Below, piece by piece: positions 20,455-33,066 of a stretch of 64,000 nt of DNA. The notes under the pieces were generated by a model. That model saw only the letters and a program-made list of their open reading frames with translations, was not told the origin of the DNA and made no database searches. Made by a program: the position numbers and the translations under genes. The stretch lies in NCBI GenBank assembly GCA_038883855.1, contig JAVZLH010000003.1, positions 40,210-104,209 on the forward strand. The letters run 5' to 3'. The first letter of the stretch is position 1. Every line of letters starts with the position of its first letter. Origin of the DNA: Candidatus Bathyarchaeia archaeon (GTDB lineage: Archaea; Thermoproteota; Bathyarchaeia; Bathyarchaeales; Bathycorpusculaceae).

Positions 20455-20942
20455 TACGCTTCTTCCCCTGTTTCTGGTTGCTCTTCCAAAGCTATTTCAA
20501 TGTGGCAGAGCGTTTCAAATTCAGGAGTTGCCCTTCCAAAAGCTCTTGGCGTATACCTTTTGACTTTGATTCCAGGATAAGCAGAGGCATGGATTATACG
20601 AAGTCTTTCAGTGTCTAGGCCTTTATACTCTGCGTTGGCCTCTGCACCTTCAAGCACCCTTAAAATGTACTTGGCTGCTTTTACGGGGTATCTGCCTGCG
20701 TAAGCTTTTTTAAGTCCGTGGCGGTGTCCAGCTTTCTTTTTGAACCTTCTAAAGGGAACGGCTGTTCTTTTTGCCATGACCTCTTTCAAAAATTGTTTCG
20801 CTTGAGTCAGCATCATACCTTTAATTGTTTTACATATCTCCCGCGCTGATTTAGGGGATACCCTAACCTCTCGTCCACTAACTTTCACGGTTTTTTCAGG
20901 GTCTAATTCCTCTTTCGCTATGGAGTATCCCCATTTTGGCAC
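20454..20942 (-). CDS. rpl22: 50S ribosomal protein L22 (uL22)
   Basis: VSPKSAREIC..IKGM, GRYPVKAA, PRAFGRA, HIEI. Likely GTG start at 20942. Confidence 0.95.
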   Translation of the reverse strand: MPKWGYSIAKEELDPEKTVKVSGREVRVSPKSAREICKTIKGMMLTQAKQFLKEVMAKRTAVPFRRFKKKAGHRHGLKKAYAGRYPVKAAKYILRVLEGAEANAEYKGLDTERLRIIHASAYPGIKVKRYTPRAFGRATPEFETLCHIEIALEEQPETGEEA

Positions 20943-20984
20943 TTTATGCGCGCTCCAACTGTGCAATTGAACAGCGTCATAGCG

Positions 20985-21000
20985 ATTTATAATGTTTTCC
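20985..21000 (-). promoter_or_regulatory. putative BRE/TATA promoter of the ribosomal superoperon
   Basis: GGAAAACATTATAAAT on the minus strand, about 45 nt upstream of the rpl22 start. Confidence 0.5.
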
Positions 21001-21099
21001 TTTAGCTTGAGCGTTTTCAGACAGAGTTAAGCCTTATAAACCTTAATTTTTAGTAAGAACATCTTCGTCACATAGGAGAAACACGAGATAGACGAGGCT

Positions 21100-21399
21100 T
21101 CAGCCATTTTTAGTTATGATTTATGAAAGAGTAAAAGAATTTCGGTTAAGGAAAGTGTTATGCCTACGAGTTGCAGATACTCGAAAGATTCTTCAGGAAT
21201 AGTCGCAGAGAATGCTGCCAAAGGCAAGGGTTCTATGATAGATACTACACTTCCTTTGGCAGATTCAAATCAAAACTTAGCGCATTCAAGTGACAGGGTT
21301 AACGCCTTAGGTGTTCAAAAGCAAATTTTCAAAAAATACCGGTGTTTCCCAAAGAATAGATGCTGCGGCAAGTAGGAGACAGCTCTTCTTTTGCTCCAT
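21100..21399 (-). pseudogene. EamA/DMT transporter remnant (N- and C-terminal fragments only)
   Basis: MEQKKSCLLLAAASILWETPVF... followed, in another frame, by FESAKGSVVSIIEPL..AAFSATIPEESFEYLQLVGITLSL, the typical DMT C-terminal pattern. Confidence 0.6.
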
Positions 21400-21520
21400 G
21401 GTTTAGTAACAACTTGCTTTAATTTAGATAATTGATGGGCAGCCCTTTACGTATTTTGCGATTCGTTTATGTCTAACTTCCAGAGTTAATGGTATCCGAA
21501 GTTAAAGTGAGGGTGAATAA

Positions 21521-22588
21521 TTGGTTGTCAAAAATGAGCATATAACCATGTTGCATGGTGCCGGCGGAACAGTCATGCATGACCTTGTCAAAAATTACAT
21601 TGTAAAATACTTTGGCGCCACAACCGACTTTGAGGTGCCACTTGAAGCTTTAGATGACGCGGCTGTTGTTGGCGATGTGGTTCTTAAAAGCGACTCTCAC
21701 GCAGTTAAGCCCATTTTCTTTCCAGGCGGGGATATTGGACGCTTAGCTGTTTCCGGCACCGTTAATGACATTGCGGTTTTAGGAGCTGAGCCTTATGCCT
21801 TGGCTTGCGGTTTTGTTTTGGAGGAAGGCTTAGCCATGGCTGATTTTGAAAGAATTTTGGCTAGTATGCAGCAAACATGTAAGGAAGCAGGTGTTAACAT
21901 AGTTACTGGTGACACCAAAGTTGTGGAAAAAGGAAGCCTCGGTGGCTGCATAATAAACGTTTCTGGAATTGGCAAAAGAACAGCGGCCTTAGAAAGAAAC
22001 ATTAAGATTGTTAAACGTTTCAGGAGTGATTTTAAAGCACGCTGGATTTTGGACTCAAACTTGCGGGCTGGTGACAAAATAATTCTCTCGGGAACAATCG
22101 GCGACCATGGACTGGCGGTTTTATCTGCACAAGAAGGATTAAGCTTCGGAAGCGGCATAAAGTCAGATGTGAAGCCTCTAAATCGCTTAATCCAAAGTTT
22201 GCTCTCAGAAGTTGGCGGAGTAATTGCCATGAAAGATCCGACACGTGGCGGTTTAGCTGATGCTTTAAACGAGTTCAGTGAGAAATCCCAAATAGGCATA
22301 CTAATTCATGAAAACAAGATTCCAATAAGAGAAGATGTGCGAGCAGCATGCGAAATGCTTGGTTTAGACCCGCTTGAAGTTGGAAACGAAGGAAAAATAA
22401 TCATAGGAGTTATTAGAGAAAAAGCGGGTGAAGTCTTAAAATTCCTTAAGGAGACGAACGAGGGAAAAGAAGCAGAAATCATAGGCGAAGCCACTGCAGA
22501 CTTTAGCGGTGTGGCTATGCAAACTATTGTCGGCGGCAAAAGAATTATTTCTAGACCATTAGGAGACCCCATTCCGAGAATATGCTAA
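21521..22588 (+). CDS. hypE: hydrogenase maturation protein HypE
   Basis: HGAGG, P.FFPGGDIGRLAVSGTVND, TGDTKVV, DPTRGG, C-terminal PRIC. Confidence 0.96.
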   Translation: MVVKNEHITMLHGAGGTVMHDLVKNYIVKYFGATTDFEVPLEALDDAAVVGDVVLKSDSHAVKPIFFPGGDIGRLAVSGTVNDIAVLGAEPYALACGFVLEEGLAMADFERILASMQQTCKEAGVNIVTGDTKVVEKGSLGGCIINVSGIGKRTAALERNIKIVKRFRSDFKARWILDSNLRAGDKIILSGTIGDHGLAVLSAQEGLSFGSGIKSDVKPLNRLIQSLLSEVGGVIAMKDPTRGGLADALNEFSEKSQIGILIHENKIPIREDVRAACEMLGLDPLEVGNEGKIIIGVIREKAGEVLKFLKETNEGKEAEIIGEATADFSGVAMQTIVGGKRIISRPLGDPIPRIC

Positions 22589-22597
22589 AAAGGCTCA

Positions 22598-22816
22598 TTA
22601 TTTTGAGCTTTTCCATAAATCTGAAACGCGACCAGCCTTCACGAGTTTCCACTTGCCAAAAAAGTCCTTCTTATAAAAATGGTACAAGCCACAATGGGTG
22701 CACTGCATAATCCGCCTACCCTTTTCGAAGTCAACCTCATACAGTACTAAAGGCGAACCGCAATCAATACATACACCAGTGTAAGTTCTGTCATGTTGAG
22801 CGCTCATTTTCAGCAA
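22598..22816 (-). CDS. small Zn-ribbon protein
   Basis: CIDCG...CTHCG pair. Confidence 0.65.
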   Translation of the reverse strand: MLKMSAQHDRTYTGVCIDCGSPLVLYEVDFEKGRRIMQCTHCGLYHFYKKDFFGKWKLVKAGRVSDLWKSSK

Positions 22817-22891
22817 ACCTCTATCCCAAGTGAGACATACTACTGTTTAAATTTTTAACATGTAAAATAAAAAGTGGTGCAACTGTTAAGT

Positions 22892-23503
22892 TTATGGCGG
22901 AGACGGTGCGGGCTGCGTCGCGGTTGGTTGAGCGGTCGTTGTTTTAATAGAGAAGAATCCGACGGCGATAAGTATCCATGAAATCCAAATAAGTATAAAA
23001 CCCACGAAGATTATTGTTAGCACAGCGCCTATCAGCCAAAGCAAACCCGCAGTTCCAAAAATTTTTTCGCCAGATCTTGCTGAAAGGCTGTCTAATGATT
23101 TTCTAACGAACACCGCTGAAACAATGACAAATATGAAAAGTATAACAAAGGCTACGAGGATGTACCCGATAAAGGTCCAGAGGTTGTTCATATCCATGAA
23201 ATAATTTTGAATTGCAAACGGGTTAGATATGTCCAGTCCGGAAATCGCCATCATAACCATTGCCACTAACACTGCAAAAAACGCCACCACGCCCACTATT
23301 AGTGCAATGAATCCATAGAGGGCATTGTTGAATATGCCGCTTTCTTGGTAGTGGTCTGCAAAGCCCTTCAAAGCAATCAAAACCAGTATGATGCCGACGA
23401 GACACAATAAAAGTGTGGGACCTGCTGCGAAGAAACCAAGAAAACCGATGACCAGCAATATAGCGCCTACGCCGCCTAATGTCTTACTCGATTCGATACT
23501 CAT
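22892..23503 (-). CDS. DUF996-like membrane protein
   Basis: KTLGGVGAIL, IALKGFADHY....IF.NAL and F.TAGLL..IGAVL.II pattern; multiple TM helices. Confidence 0.75.
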   Translation of the reverse strand: MSIESSKTLGGVGAILLVIGFLGFFAAGPTLLLCLVGIILVLIALKGFADHYQESGIFNNALYGFIALIVGVVAFFAVLVAMVMMAISGLDISNPFAIQNYFMDMNNLWTFIGYILVAFVILFIFVIVSAVFVRKSLDSLSARSGEKIFGTAGLLWLIGAVLTIIFVGFILIWISWILIAVGFFSIKTTTAQPTATQPAPSPP

Positions 23504-23604
23504 CTAATAAACCTCGATGATTGGTTTTGCATCTTTCTAGATAAAAAGCTTTTCCACGAAGCTTTAGCTCACTCTTTTAAAGCGAATCTTCTTAAAGTTC
23601 ACAT

Positions 23605-24693
23605 TTATTTTGTTGCCTTTGCCCATATTCTGCATGTGCCTTCTATGCTTACCATGCAGGCTCCTCTCGGCTTTTGCGGAGTACACGCCTTCATAAAAAG
23701 CGGACATTCTGTTGGCTTAATTTTGCCAATCATAACCAAGTGGCATTGGCACCCTGGCAACAAGTCCTTACCAAACTTGATTTTGACATCGAACTTTTCT
23801 CGTGCATCGTAGTAGGCAAATTCTTTTTTAAGTTTCAGCGCGGAGTTTGGCAATATGCCCAAACCCCGCCAGCCTCCCTCGACGGTTTCAAAAGCCTCCT
23901 TCATTAGTTGTTGCGCTTTCAGATTTCCTTCCGGGCTGACTGCACGTGTGTATTCGTTTTCTAGACGTGCTTTTCCTTCTCTGAACTGTTTAAGAATCAT
24001 ATATATAGCGAATAATACGTCTAGGGGTTCGAATCCAGCTACGACTGTTGGCATCCGATACGCTTTCGGAAAAATTTCGTAAGGTTTTAAGCCAATAATT
24101 GTGCTTACGTGACCAGGCGCAATAAAACCGTCAATGTGCAAGTCACCTATCCCTAAAAGAAGCTCCATGGCTGGTGGGATAAGCCTATGCGAAACCAGAA
24201 AACTGAGGTTTAAGGGCGGTTTGTGTAAGACTTCAGCTGCCGTGGATGGAGCAGTGGTTTCGAAACCTATGGCGAAAAACACGAATTCCTTGTTTGGTTC
24301 TTGCCTAGCCATTTTAACCGCGTCACCAACGCCGTAAACAACTCGAACATCAGCCCCGTCAGCTTTAACATCCAGCAAAGAGCCTTCAGAGCCTGGAACT
24401 CGCAGTGCATCACCAAAACATGTGACTGTAATGCCTTTTTTGGCTAGGCGGATCGCCTCGTCGATTTCAGAGGCGGGAGTCACACAGACTGGGCATCCTG
24501 GTCCAGCAATTACTTCAACCGTGTCGGGTAGGAGGTTTCGAATCCCAAAATGTGTTATGGTCCATTCATGTGTGCCGCAGACATGGCATATTTTCACGGT
24601 TTCTTTTTTCGGAGCGATTTCCCGAATTTTTTCTGTTACACGTTTCGCTGTTTCTGGATCTCTAAATCTTAACTTTTCAGTCATTTTCGTCAA
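23605..24693 (-). CDS. hypD: hydrogenase maturation protein HypD
   Basis: CGTHE, GPGCPVC, GFETT, PGHVS, CMVS.EG.C. Confidence 0.96.
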   Translation of the reverse strand: MTKMTEKLRFRDPETAKRVTEKIREIAPKKETVKICHVCGTHEWTITHFGIRNLLPDTVEVIAGPGCPVCVTPASEIDEAIRLAKKGITVTCFGDALRVPGSEGSLLDVKADGADVRVVYGVGDAVKMARQEPNKEFVFFAIGFETTAPSTAAEVLHKPPLNLSFLVSHRLIPPAMELLLGIGDLHIDGFIAPGHVSTIIGLKPYEIFPKAYRMPTVVAGFEPLDVLFAIYMILKQFREGKARLENEYTRAVSPEGNLKAQQLMKEAFETVEGGWRGLGILPNSALKLKKEFAYYDAREKFDVKIKFGKDLLPGCQCHLVMIGKIKPTECPLFMKACTPQKPRGACMVSIEGTCRIWAKATK

Positions 24694-24932
24694 CTATCTT
24701 TTTGTTCAATTTCAGCGGAGGCTTCAAGGATTTCGCTCCACAATTTCAACGTTTCATACGCTTCTTCTTCGCTTAAAACTTGGACGGCATAACCCGCGTG
24801 GACAAGAACGTAGTCGCCTATTTTAGCGTCTACAAGCGTCACGTTTACCTCCCTTAAAACGCCTTCTCCGAAGTCCACTTGAGCCTTATCATCTTTTATG
24901 CTTATGACCTTTGCTGGAATCGCCAAACACAT
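24690..24932 (-). CDS. hypC: hydrogenase maturation protein HypC
   Basis: MCLAIPA N-terminus and GDYVLVHAGYA. Confidence 0.96.
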   Translation of the reverse strand: MCLAIPAKVISIKDDKAQVDFGEGVLREVNVTLVDAKIGDYVLVHAGYAVQVLSEEEAYETLKLWSEILEASAEIEQKDS

Positions 24933-24979
24933 TATCCATCAAAAGAATAGCAATTTTACGGCAATAAATCAGTTATGGT

Positions 24980-27259
24980 TTAAAATTGGAAAAACCCACC
25001 TACAATTGCTTGACCAAAGGATAATCCGCCGTCGCCTGGTGGAACAACTTTATGGACAATAAACTTTAAACCAGCTTCTTCCACGGTTTTCCGCATATAG
25101 GAAGCCAATATTTCGTTGCACGCAGCCCCGCCGGAAAAACCAACCGTCTTAACATTGTTTTCTAACGCCTTTTCTATGGCCAGAGTGGCTAAGCCCTTAG
25201 CCAGGTAAGCATGAGCGGAGTAAGCCAAATCAGCCACACGCTGTCTCTTTTTGTTCTCAAATATTTCTAGGAGCAAATGCGTAGTGTCTAATTTGTCGCT
25301 TTTTATTATTGGGTTTAACTTCAAAACGTCTCTGCCTTTTGAAGCGGCTGATTCAAGTTTCATGGCTGGCTCGCCCTCATAGGTGCGTTCATAGCATATG
25401 CCTAACACAGCGGAAACAGCATCCAAAACCCTCCCACAACTGGTTGTTTCGATTATGTTGCTCCCTTTTTCAAGTTGGTGGAGAATTACTTGGATTTCGC
25501 TTTCGCCGTGGGGAAAATGCTGTTTATTCTGCAACAGCCAGTCTCTCACATCTGCTTTTTTGTAGAGTATTCCAGCCGCTATTCTTAGGGGATAACGTGT
25601 AGCCAAGTCTCCGCCTATTAAGGGTTGTTTTTCAAGGTGAGCTAAACGCTTAAAACTTGAGGATTCACTTGTACAGAGGAGGATTTCTCCACCCCATGCT
25701 CCGCCGTCGGCGCCGTATCCGTAACCGTCGCAGCAAACGCCCACAACCTCCTCCACATTATGCTCAACCATCAAGGCGGCTATGTGGGCGTAATGATGCT
25801 GCACTTGGATTAGTTGCCAACCGTTTTCTTTCGCCAAATTTTGAGCAAGCTTGGTTGTTGTAAATTTGGGATGTAAATCGCAAGCAACCATTTCCACTTT
25901 GCTGTTTGTTAAACGTATGAGGTGTTTTGTTGCGTTTTCTAGGAATTCTCTTGTTTCGACGTTTTCCACATCGCCTATATGTTGGGATATGAAAGCTTTG
26001 TTTCCAAGCAAAACACAGGCAGTGTTGTTCAGCTCTCCGCCCAAACCAACAACACAACGCATGGCTTTTTTCTTAAGCATTATAGGCGCGGGCGCATAAC
26101 CTCTGGAACGCCTAATAAAAACCGTGTCTTCGCTGTGCATCCGTACAACAGAGTCGTCGCATCTGTGGGCTATTTTTCGGTTGTGGAAGAGGAAGTAGTC
26201 AACGGTTTCTCCAAGCGTTTTTAACGCTTCTTCGTTTTCTTTTATTATGGGCTGGTTCGGCGGGTTGGCGCTTGTCATTACGAAGGAGGGGTCTTCCACT
26301 TTGTCAAAAAGCATGTAATGCAAGCCCGTGTAAGGCAACATAACTCCTACATTATGCAGTTCAGGAGCAACCAAGTCTGAAAGATAATAGTCTTCACTTT
26401 TGTTTAGCAGAACTATTGGGCGCGTATAGGAAACTAGCAACTCTTCCTCTTGTCTGCTCATTCGAGCGAACGTTTTTATCGCTTCCAAGCTTCGAGCCAT
26501 AATGGCGAAGGGCTTTTGTTTTCTATGCTTTACCCGTCTAAGCCTTGCAAGAGGTTCGTCCTTTAGGGTTGAGGCGGCAACATGGAAGCCGCCATAACCC
26601 TTAACAGCCACTATAAATCCTTCTGAAAGAAGCTTGCCAGCCTCCCGAACTGGGTCAACAGCCTCAATTAACTCGCCCTTTCTCGTTGTCAAGTAAACTT
26701 TTGGACCGCATTTTGGGCAAGCAACGGTTTGCGCATGGAAACGTCTGTTTAAGGGGTCTGTGTATTCCTTTTTGCATAAGTTGCACATTGGAAACTCTCG
26801 CATGGTCGTGTTTTCACGGTCATACGGCAATTTCTCGATGATTGTGAACCTTGGACCGCAGTCAGTGCATGTGATGAAGAAGTACTCGTATCTCGGTTTT
26901 TTTGGGTTTCTGAGTTCTTTTAGGCATTCGTTGCATATGGCTATGTCTGGAGGGATAACAGAGCCCGAAAGTTCTGCTTCCTCTGAACTTTTATAAATGG
27001 TGAACTTTTCATATTTCTCTTCGCCAATAACTTCTGTTGTGATGATGTCATAAATTTGGGCAAGAGGCGGCTTTTTCTCATTCAAATCACGCATAAAACT
27101 TTTAATGTCATCTTCTTCGCCTTCAACGAGAATTTCAACTCCCGCATCACCCCTGTTCCTCACATAACCTCTAAGCCCGTTTTTTACGGCTATGCGATAA
27201 ATGAATGGGCGGAATCCCACTCCTTGAACTATGCCAGCGACTTTAATCTTTAATTGCAA
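24980..27259 (-). CDS. hypF: carbamoyltransferase HypF
   Basis: GIVQGVGFRPF acylphosphatase domain, two Zn fingers, QHHYAH, PPGDGGLSFGQ. Confidence 0.97.
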   Translation of the reverse strand: MQLKIKVAGIVQGVGFRPFIYRIAVKNGLRGYVRNRGDAGVEILVEGEEDDIKSFMRDLNEKKPPLAQIYDIITTEVIGEEKYEKFTIYKSSEEAELSGSVIPPDIAICNECLKELRNPKKPRYEYFFITCTDCGPRFTIIEKLPYDRENTTMREFPMCNLCKKEYTDPLNRRFHAQTVACPKCGPKVYLTTRKGELIEAVDPVREAGKLLSEGFIVAVKGYGGFHVAASTLKDEPLARLRRVKHRKQKPFAIMARSLEAIKTFARMSRQEEELLVSYTRPIVLLNKSEDYYLSDLVAPELHNVGVMLPYTGLHYMLFDKVEDPSFVMTSANPPNQPIIKENEEALKTLGETVDYFLFHNRKIAHRCDDSVVRMHSEDTVFIRRSRGYAPAPIMLKKKAMRCVVGLGGELNNTACVLLGNKAFISQHIGDVENVETREFLENATKHLIRLTNSKVEMVACDLHPKFTTTKLAQNLAKENGWQLIQVQHHYAHIAALMVEHNVEEVVGVCCDGYGYGADGGAWGGEILLCTSESSSFKRLAHLEKQPLIGGDLATRYPLRIAAGILYKKADVRDWLLQNKQHFPHGESEIQVILHQLEKGSNIIETTSCGRVLDAVSAVLGICYERTYEGEPAMKLESAASKGRDVLKLNPIIKSDKLDTTHLLLEIFENKKRQRVADLAYSAHAYLAKGLATLAIEKALENNVKTVGFSGGAACNEILASYMRKTVEEAGLKFIVHKVVPPGDGGLSFGQAIVGGFFQF

Positions 27260-27339
27260 ACGTTTTCATCTCTTGATGTTTAGAAAAAGAACTTTTAACT
27301 TATACATTTCGAGAAAATGAAAACATCTTACCATTAATT

Positions 27340-27369
27340 TTTGGAAATAAAAAGAGAAAGAAAGAGGGG
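27340..27369 (-). terminator. putative pyrimidine/oligo-T terminator after etfA
   Basis: CCCCTCTTTCTTTCTCTTTTTATTTCC immediately after the stop codon. Confidence 0.45.
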
Positions 27370-28359
27370 CTAGGCTTTTTGTCCACGAACTTCGATGATT
27401 TTGTTTTTAAGCACTGGCACAATCTTAAACATGTCTTCAACTACGCCGTAATCTGAAAAGCTGAATATTGGCGCTTTCGGGTCTTTGTTTATTGCTATGA
27501 TTAGGTCTGAGTTTTTCATACCCATGACATGCTGGAAAGCGCCGCTTATGCCGAGAGCTATGTAAAGCTTAGGTTTAACAGTTTTACCTGATGAACCTAC
27601 TTGACGGTCTGCTGGAAGCCAACCCTTATCCACTATTGGACGCGAACATGCGAGCACCGCACCCAACATTTTCGCCAGTTCCTCAACCATAGGCATGTTA
27701 GATTGATCCTTTATTCCGCGGCCTATGCCTACAAGCCTCTCTGCGGCTGTTATGTCCACTCCGCCAGGCGGTGGGAGAACATACTGTATGAAACGTTTTG
27801 TTGTTATTTCTTCTGTTAGCGGAGATGGAACTTCAATTATTTGTCCGTTTGCTGGCGATGCTGGCTTTTGAGCTGTGAAGACTGCTTGGCGTACGGTCAC
27901 CATGTAGCTTTCGGATTTGCGAAGCTTTGCTTTTACATTTACTTTTCCACCGTACATTTGTCTTGTCACAATAAAACTATCGTCTTCGAAGGCTAGGTCT
28001 ATACAGTCCGTTGCGAGGGGAATATTCAGTAATGCCGCAAGTCTCGGAGCCAGCTCTAGACCGTAAGAGGTGTGTCCGATCATTGTTAAGCGCGGCTTAT
28101 GCTCCTTAATTAGTGGGGCAAGCACTTTTTGGTAGGCGTCAGAGTTGAAGTTCTCAAGCTTTGCATCTTCAACCAGTAAGACTTTTTTGGCGTATTCCGA
28201 CAAGGTCTTGGCGTGTTCTTTAACGTCTTTGCCAAGCAAAACAGCAGTTAGCTCTGCGCCAGTTTTTTCCGCTATTTCTCTTGCTTTGGTTAACATTTCA
28301 AAGGTTGTGTCCCGCATTTGCCCCTGTCTATGTTCGGCTAAAACAAACAGTTCTGCCAT
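27370..28359 (-). CDS. etfA: electron transfer flavoprotein subunit alpha
   Basis: GRG, SRPIVD.GW, QVGSSGKTVKP, GISGAFQH..GM, AINKDP.APIF. Confidence 0.95.
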   Translation of the reverse strand: MAELFVLAEHRQGQMRDTTFEMLTKAREIAEKTGAELTAVLLGKDVKEHAKTLSEYAKKVLLVEDAKLENFNSDAYQKVLAPLIKEHKPRLTMIGHTSYGLELAPRLAALLNIPLATDCIDLAFEDDSFIVTRQMYGGKVNVKAKLRKSESYMVTVRQAVFTAQKPASPANGQIIEVPSPLTEEITTKRFIQYVLPPPGGVDITAAERLVGIGRGIKDQSNMPMVEELAKMLGAVLACSRPIVDKGWLPADRQVGSSGKTVKPKLYIALGISGAFQHVMGMKNSDLIIAINKDPKAPIFSFSDYGVVEDMFKIVPVLKNKIIEVRGQKA

Positions 28360-28360
28360 T

Positions 28361-29149
28361 TTAAATCAGCCCCCTAGTTTTTAGAATTTCAACAATTTTG
28401 GCTGCGATTTCGTCTGGGCTTCCTTTGATAAACTCAGCTTGTTTTTCAACTGGTGGAACATACATTTCCTGTATGCTAAGCCATGAGCCAGCCACGCCAA
28501 CATCATTCTCTGTTAAGCCAATGTCCGCTAAACCCATCGCTTTTATTTCTTTCTGCATGGCTTTTCTAATGCCCATAATCGAAACGTAGCGGGGCTCATT
28601 TATACCCGTCTGAACGGTGAACAATGCTGGAAGCTTAACCTCCAACTGTTCTTCGAGACCACCCTCAAGTTCGCGGTTAACTTTAGCTAAACCTGTGCCT
28701 AACTCGATCTTTTTAACCATAGTCACGTGGGGTATGCCCAACAACTCCGCTAGGATTGGACCTACCATGGCACTGCCGTCGTCTCCTGCTTGTGCTCCAG
28801 TCAGTATTAGGTCGAAATGCAGAGTTTTAATTACACCCCAGAGAATTTTCGCGGTTGCAAAGGCGTCTGAACCCTCAAATTTCGGGTCTATTAAGTGTAT
28901 AGCTGTGTCTGCGCCGCGAGCAAGGCACTTTCTCAATGTGGAGTCTGCGTCTTTGGGACCCATTGTTATGGCTGTAACTGTTCCACCAAATTTCTCTTTT
29001 ATTCGCACAGCCTCTTCCAAAGCGTAGTCGTCCCACTCGTTGATGTCGAAGACAAGCCCGCTTTTGTCTATAGATTTGCCGCTGGCATCTATTTTCAGTT
29101 CTGCTTCTGCTGTGTCTGGAACATGTTTAACACAAACAATTATGTCCAA
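28361..29149 (-). CDS. etfB: electron transfer flavoprotein subunit beta
   Basis: IIVCVKHVPD, INEWD.YALEEA, INEPRY. Confidence 0.95.
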   Translation of the reverse strand: MDIIVCVKHVPDTAEAELKIDASGKSIDKSGLVFDINEWDDYALEEAVRIKEKFGGTVTAITMGPKDADSTLRKCLARGADTAIHLIDPKFEGSDAFATAKILWGVIKTLHFDLILTGAQAGDDGSAMVGPILAELLGIPHVTMVKKIELGTGLAKVNRELEGGLEEQLEVKLPALFTVQTGINEPRYVSIMGIRKAMQKEIKAMGLADIGLTENDVGVAGSWLSIQEMYVPPVEKQAEFIKGSPDEIAAKIVEILKTRGLI

Positions 29150-29524
29150 ACTACTTCACTCTCCAAGTGATTGAAAATCTGATTAACAATTCGTCAGCAT
29201 ATAGTTTTTGCTTTGCAAACGCGCTTTTAAATGTAAAAAGGTTAGGAGAATTCTTAATGCCTACAAGAATGGTGCATACAACACAGCCTAAAAAATGGAG
29301 AGCTGGGTTTTACGGTATCATTAACTACAATGGCGTTAGTTTTTTTGCTATCTATCTGGTCTGCTCTTAAGCCTAGCAGCTCTAGAGTTGCCACGCTCAA
29401 AACAATCGTTTCACGAACGCACAACTAACAATAACCACTAAACAAAAATACGCAAATAAATGGCAATAAAAATATTAACATTCAATACATTCCATTTTCT
29501 AGCGATATATAGAGTGTTGTTGGC

Positions 29525-31769
<2,245 letters not shown>

Positions 31770-31861
31770 TCCAAGCCCCTCATAGGTGGCTCAAGGTTTT
31801 AAAGCGAATTTAAACGAAGTAATAACTGAGCAAAAATATTATATAAAAGAGTTATGCCTTT

Positions 31862-31893
31862 TTTCGCAATTTTTCCTTAAGAAAATTGCGAAA
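31862..31893. repeat. 12-bp perfect inverted repeat between trxB and the nfn promoter
   Basis: TTTCGCAATTTT-N8-AAAATTGCGAAA, directly after the trxB stop. Confidence 0.7.
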
Positions 31894-32829
31894 TTATTCT
31901 TTGCGGTAGTATGGACGCCTGATGTAACCGTAGGCTTCTAAGGCGGCGGTTATGCCTTGCCCCACGGCTGTTCCAACCTGCTTAACAGGATGATTTGTAA
32001 CGTCTCCAGCAGCATAAACCCCTAGAATGTTCGTTCGCTGAAAAATATCCACCTTAATGTAACCTTTTTCATCAACCTCAACTCCAGCATCCTTAGCAAA
32101 CTGACTATTTGGAACCTCTCCAACTTGAACGAAAACACCATCCATATTTAACTCTGCGGTTTCTCCAGTTTTGTTGTTGAAAACCACCACTTTTTCAACA
32201 ACTTTTTCGCCCAGTATCTCCTTCACTTCAGTGTTCCACAAAATTTCCACGTTCGCCTTTTTCCTCAAATCTTTCACTAACGCCTCTTCAGCGCGGAACA
32301 CGTCTCGGCGATGAGCAATTTTTACTTCGGATACTATCCCAGCCAAGTATAGAGCGGTTATTACTGCCGAGTTCCCCCCACCAACAACGAGAACTCGTTT
32401 ACCCTTAAAAAAGGGGCCATCGCAAATTCCGCAGTAGCTTACTCCTCTCCCGCGAAATTCCTTCTCGCCCGGCACTCCAATTTCGCGATAATGGGAACCG
32501 GACGCGATTATAAGAGCTTTCGCTTCATAAACTCCACGGTTTGTTTTCACAATTTTTCTCTCGCCCTTCAAATCCAAACTTGCCACTGCTTCAAATTCGT
32601 GGATGGTTGCACCAGAGCTTCTGCATTGAGCCGCCATCTTCTGAGCCAGCTCCACCCCAGTTATGCTTTGAAAACCCGGGTAGTTTTCAATTATTGGCGC
32701 GTCGGCAACAGTGCCTCCTGCCAGCTTTTCATCTAAAACTAAAGTTTTTAGTCCACTTCTTGCACCGTAAATTCCAGAGGTTAAACCGGCAGCACCCGCG
32801 CCAATAATTATCAGCTCCCAATTTTCCAT
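31894..32829 (-). CDS. trxB: thioredoxin-disulfide reductase
   Basis: IIGAGAAG, IENYPG, GVSYCGICDG (CxxC), GGGNSA, YAAGDV. Confidence 0.92.
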   Translation of the reverse strand: MENWELIIIGAGAAGLTSGIYGARSGLKTLVLDEKLAGGTVADAPIIENYPGFQSITGVELAQKMAAQCRSSGATIHEFEAVASLDLKGERKIVKTNRGVYEAKALIIASGSHYREIGVPGEKEFRGRGVSYCGICDGPFFKGKRVLVVGGGNSAVITALYLAGIVSEVKIAHRRDVFRAEEALVKDLRKKANVEILWNTEVKEILGEKVVEKVVVFNNKTGETAELNMDGVFVQVGEVPNSQFAKDAGVEVDEKGYIKVDIFQRTNILGVYAAGDVTNHPVKQVGTAVGQGITAALEAYGYIRRPYYRKE

Positions 32830-33066
32830 GTTAAGCCAACTCTATCAACTATATCAATAGTTAAAGGGTGATGTTAAAATTATATAAATTACGGTTTATT
32901 TCTAGTGGATGAGTTATTTTGAAGCATGTGACATACGGTACTGCTTGCAGAAGGCAAATAACATCGATTAAGAAGTGCTGGTTTTCTTCCTCTCTTTTTT
33001 ATTTACTTAATAGAGGAAACGTATATCTACGGTGAGGCTTCAATTTTTAGTTGCTTGATTTAGGGG

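Noticed and set aside
21160-21375. 71-aa ORF on the + strand
   Set aside because: It is antisense to the EamA remnant and has no recognisable features.
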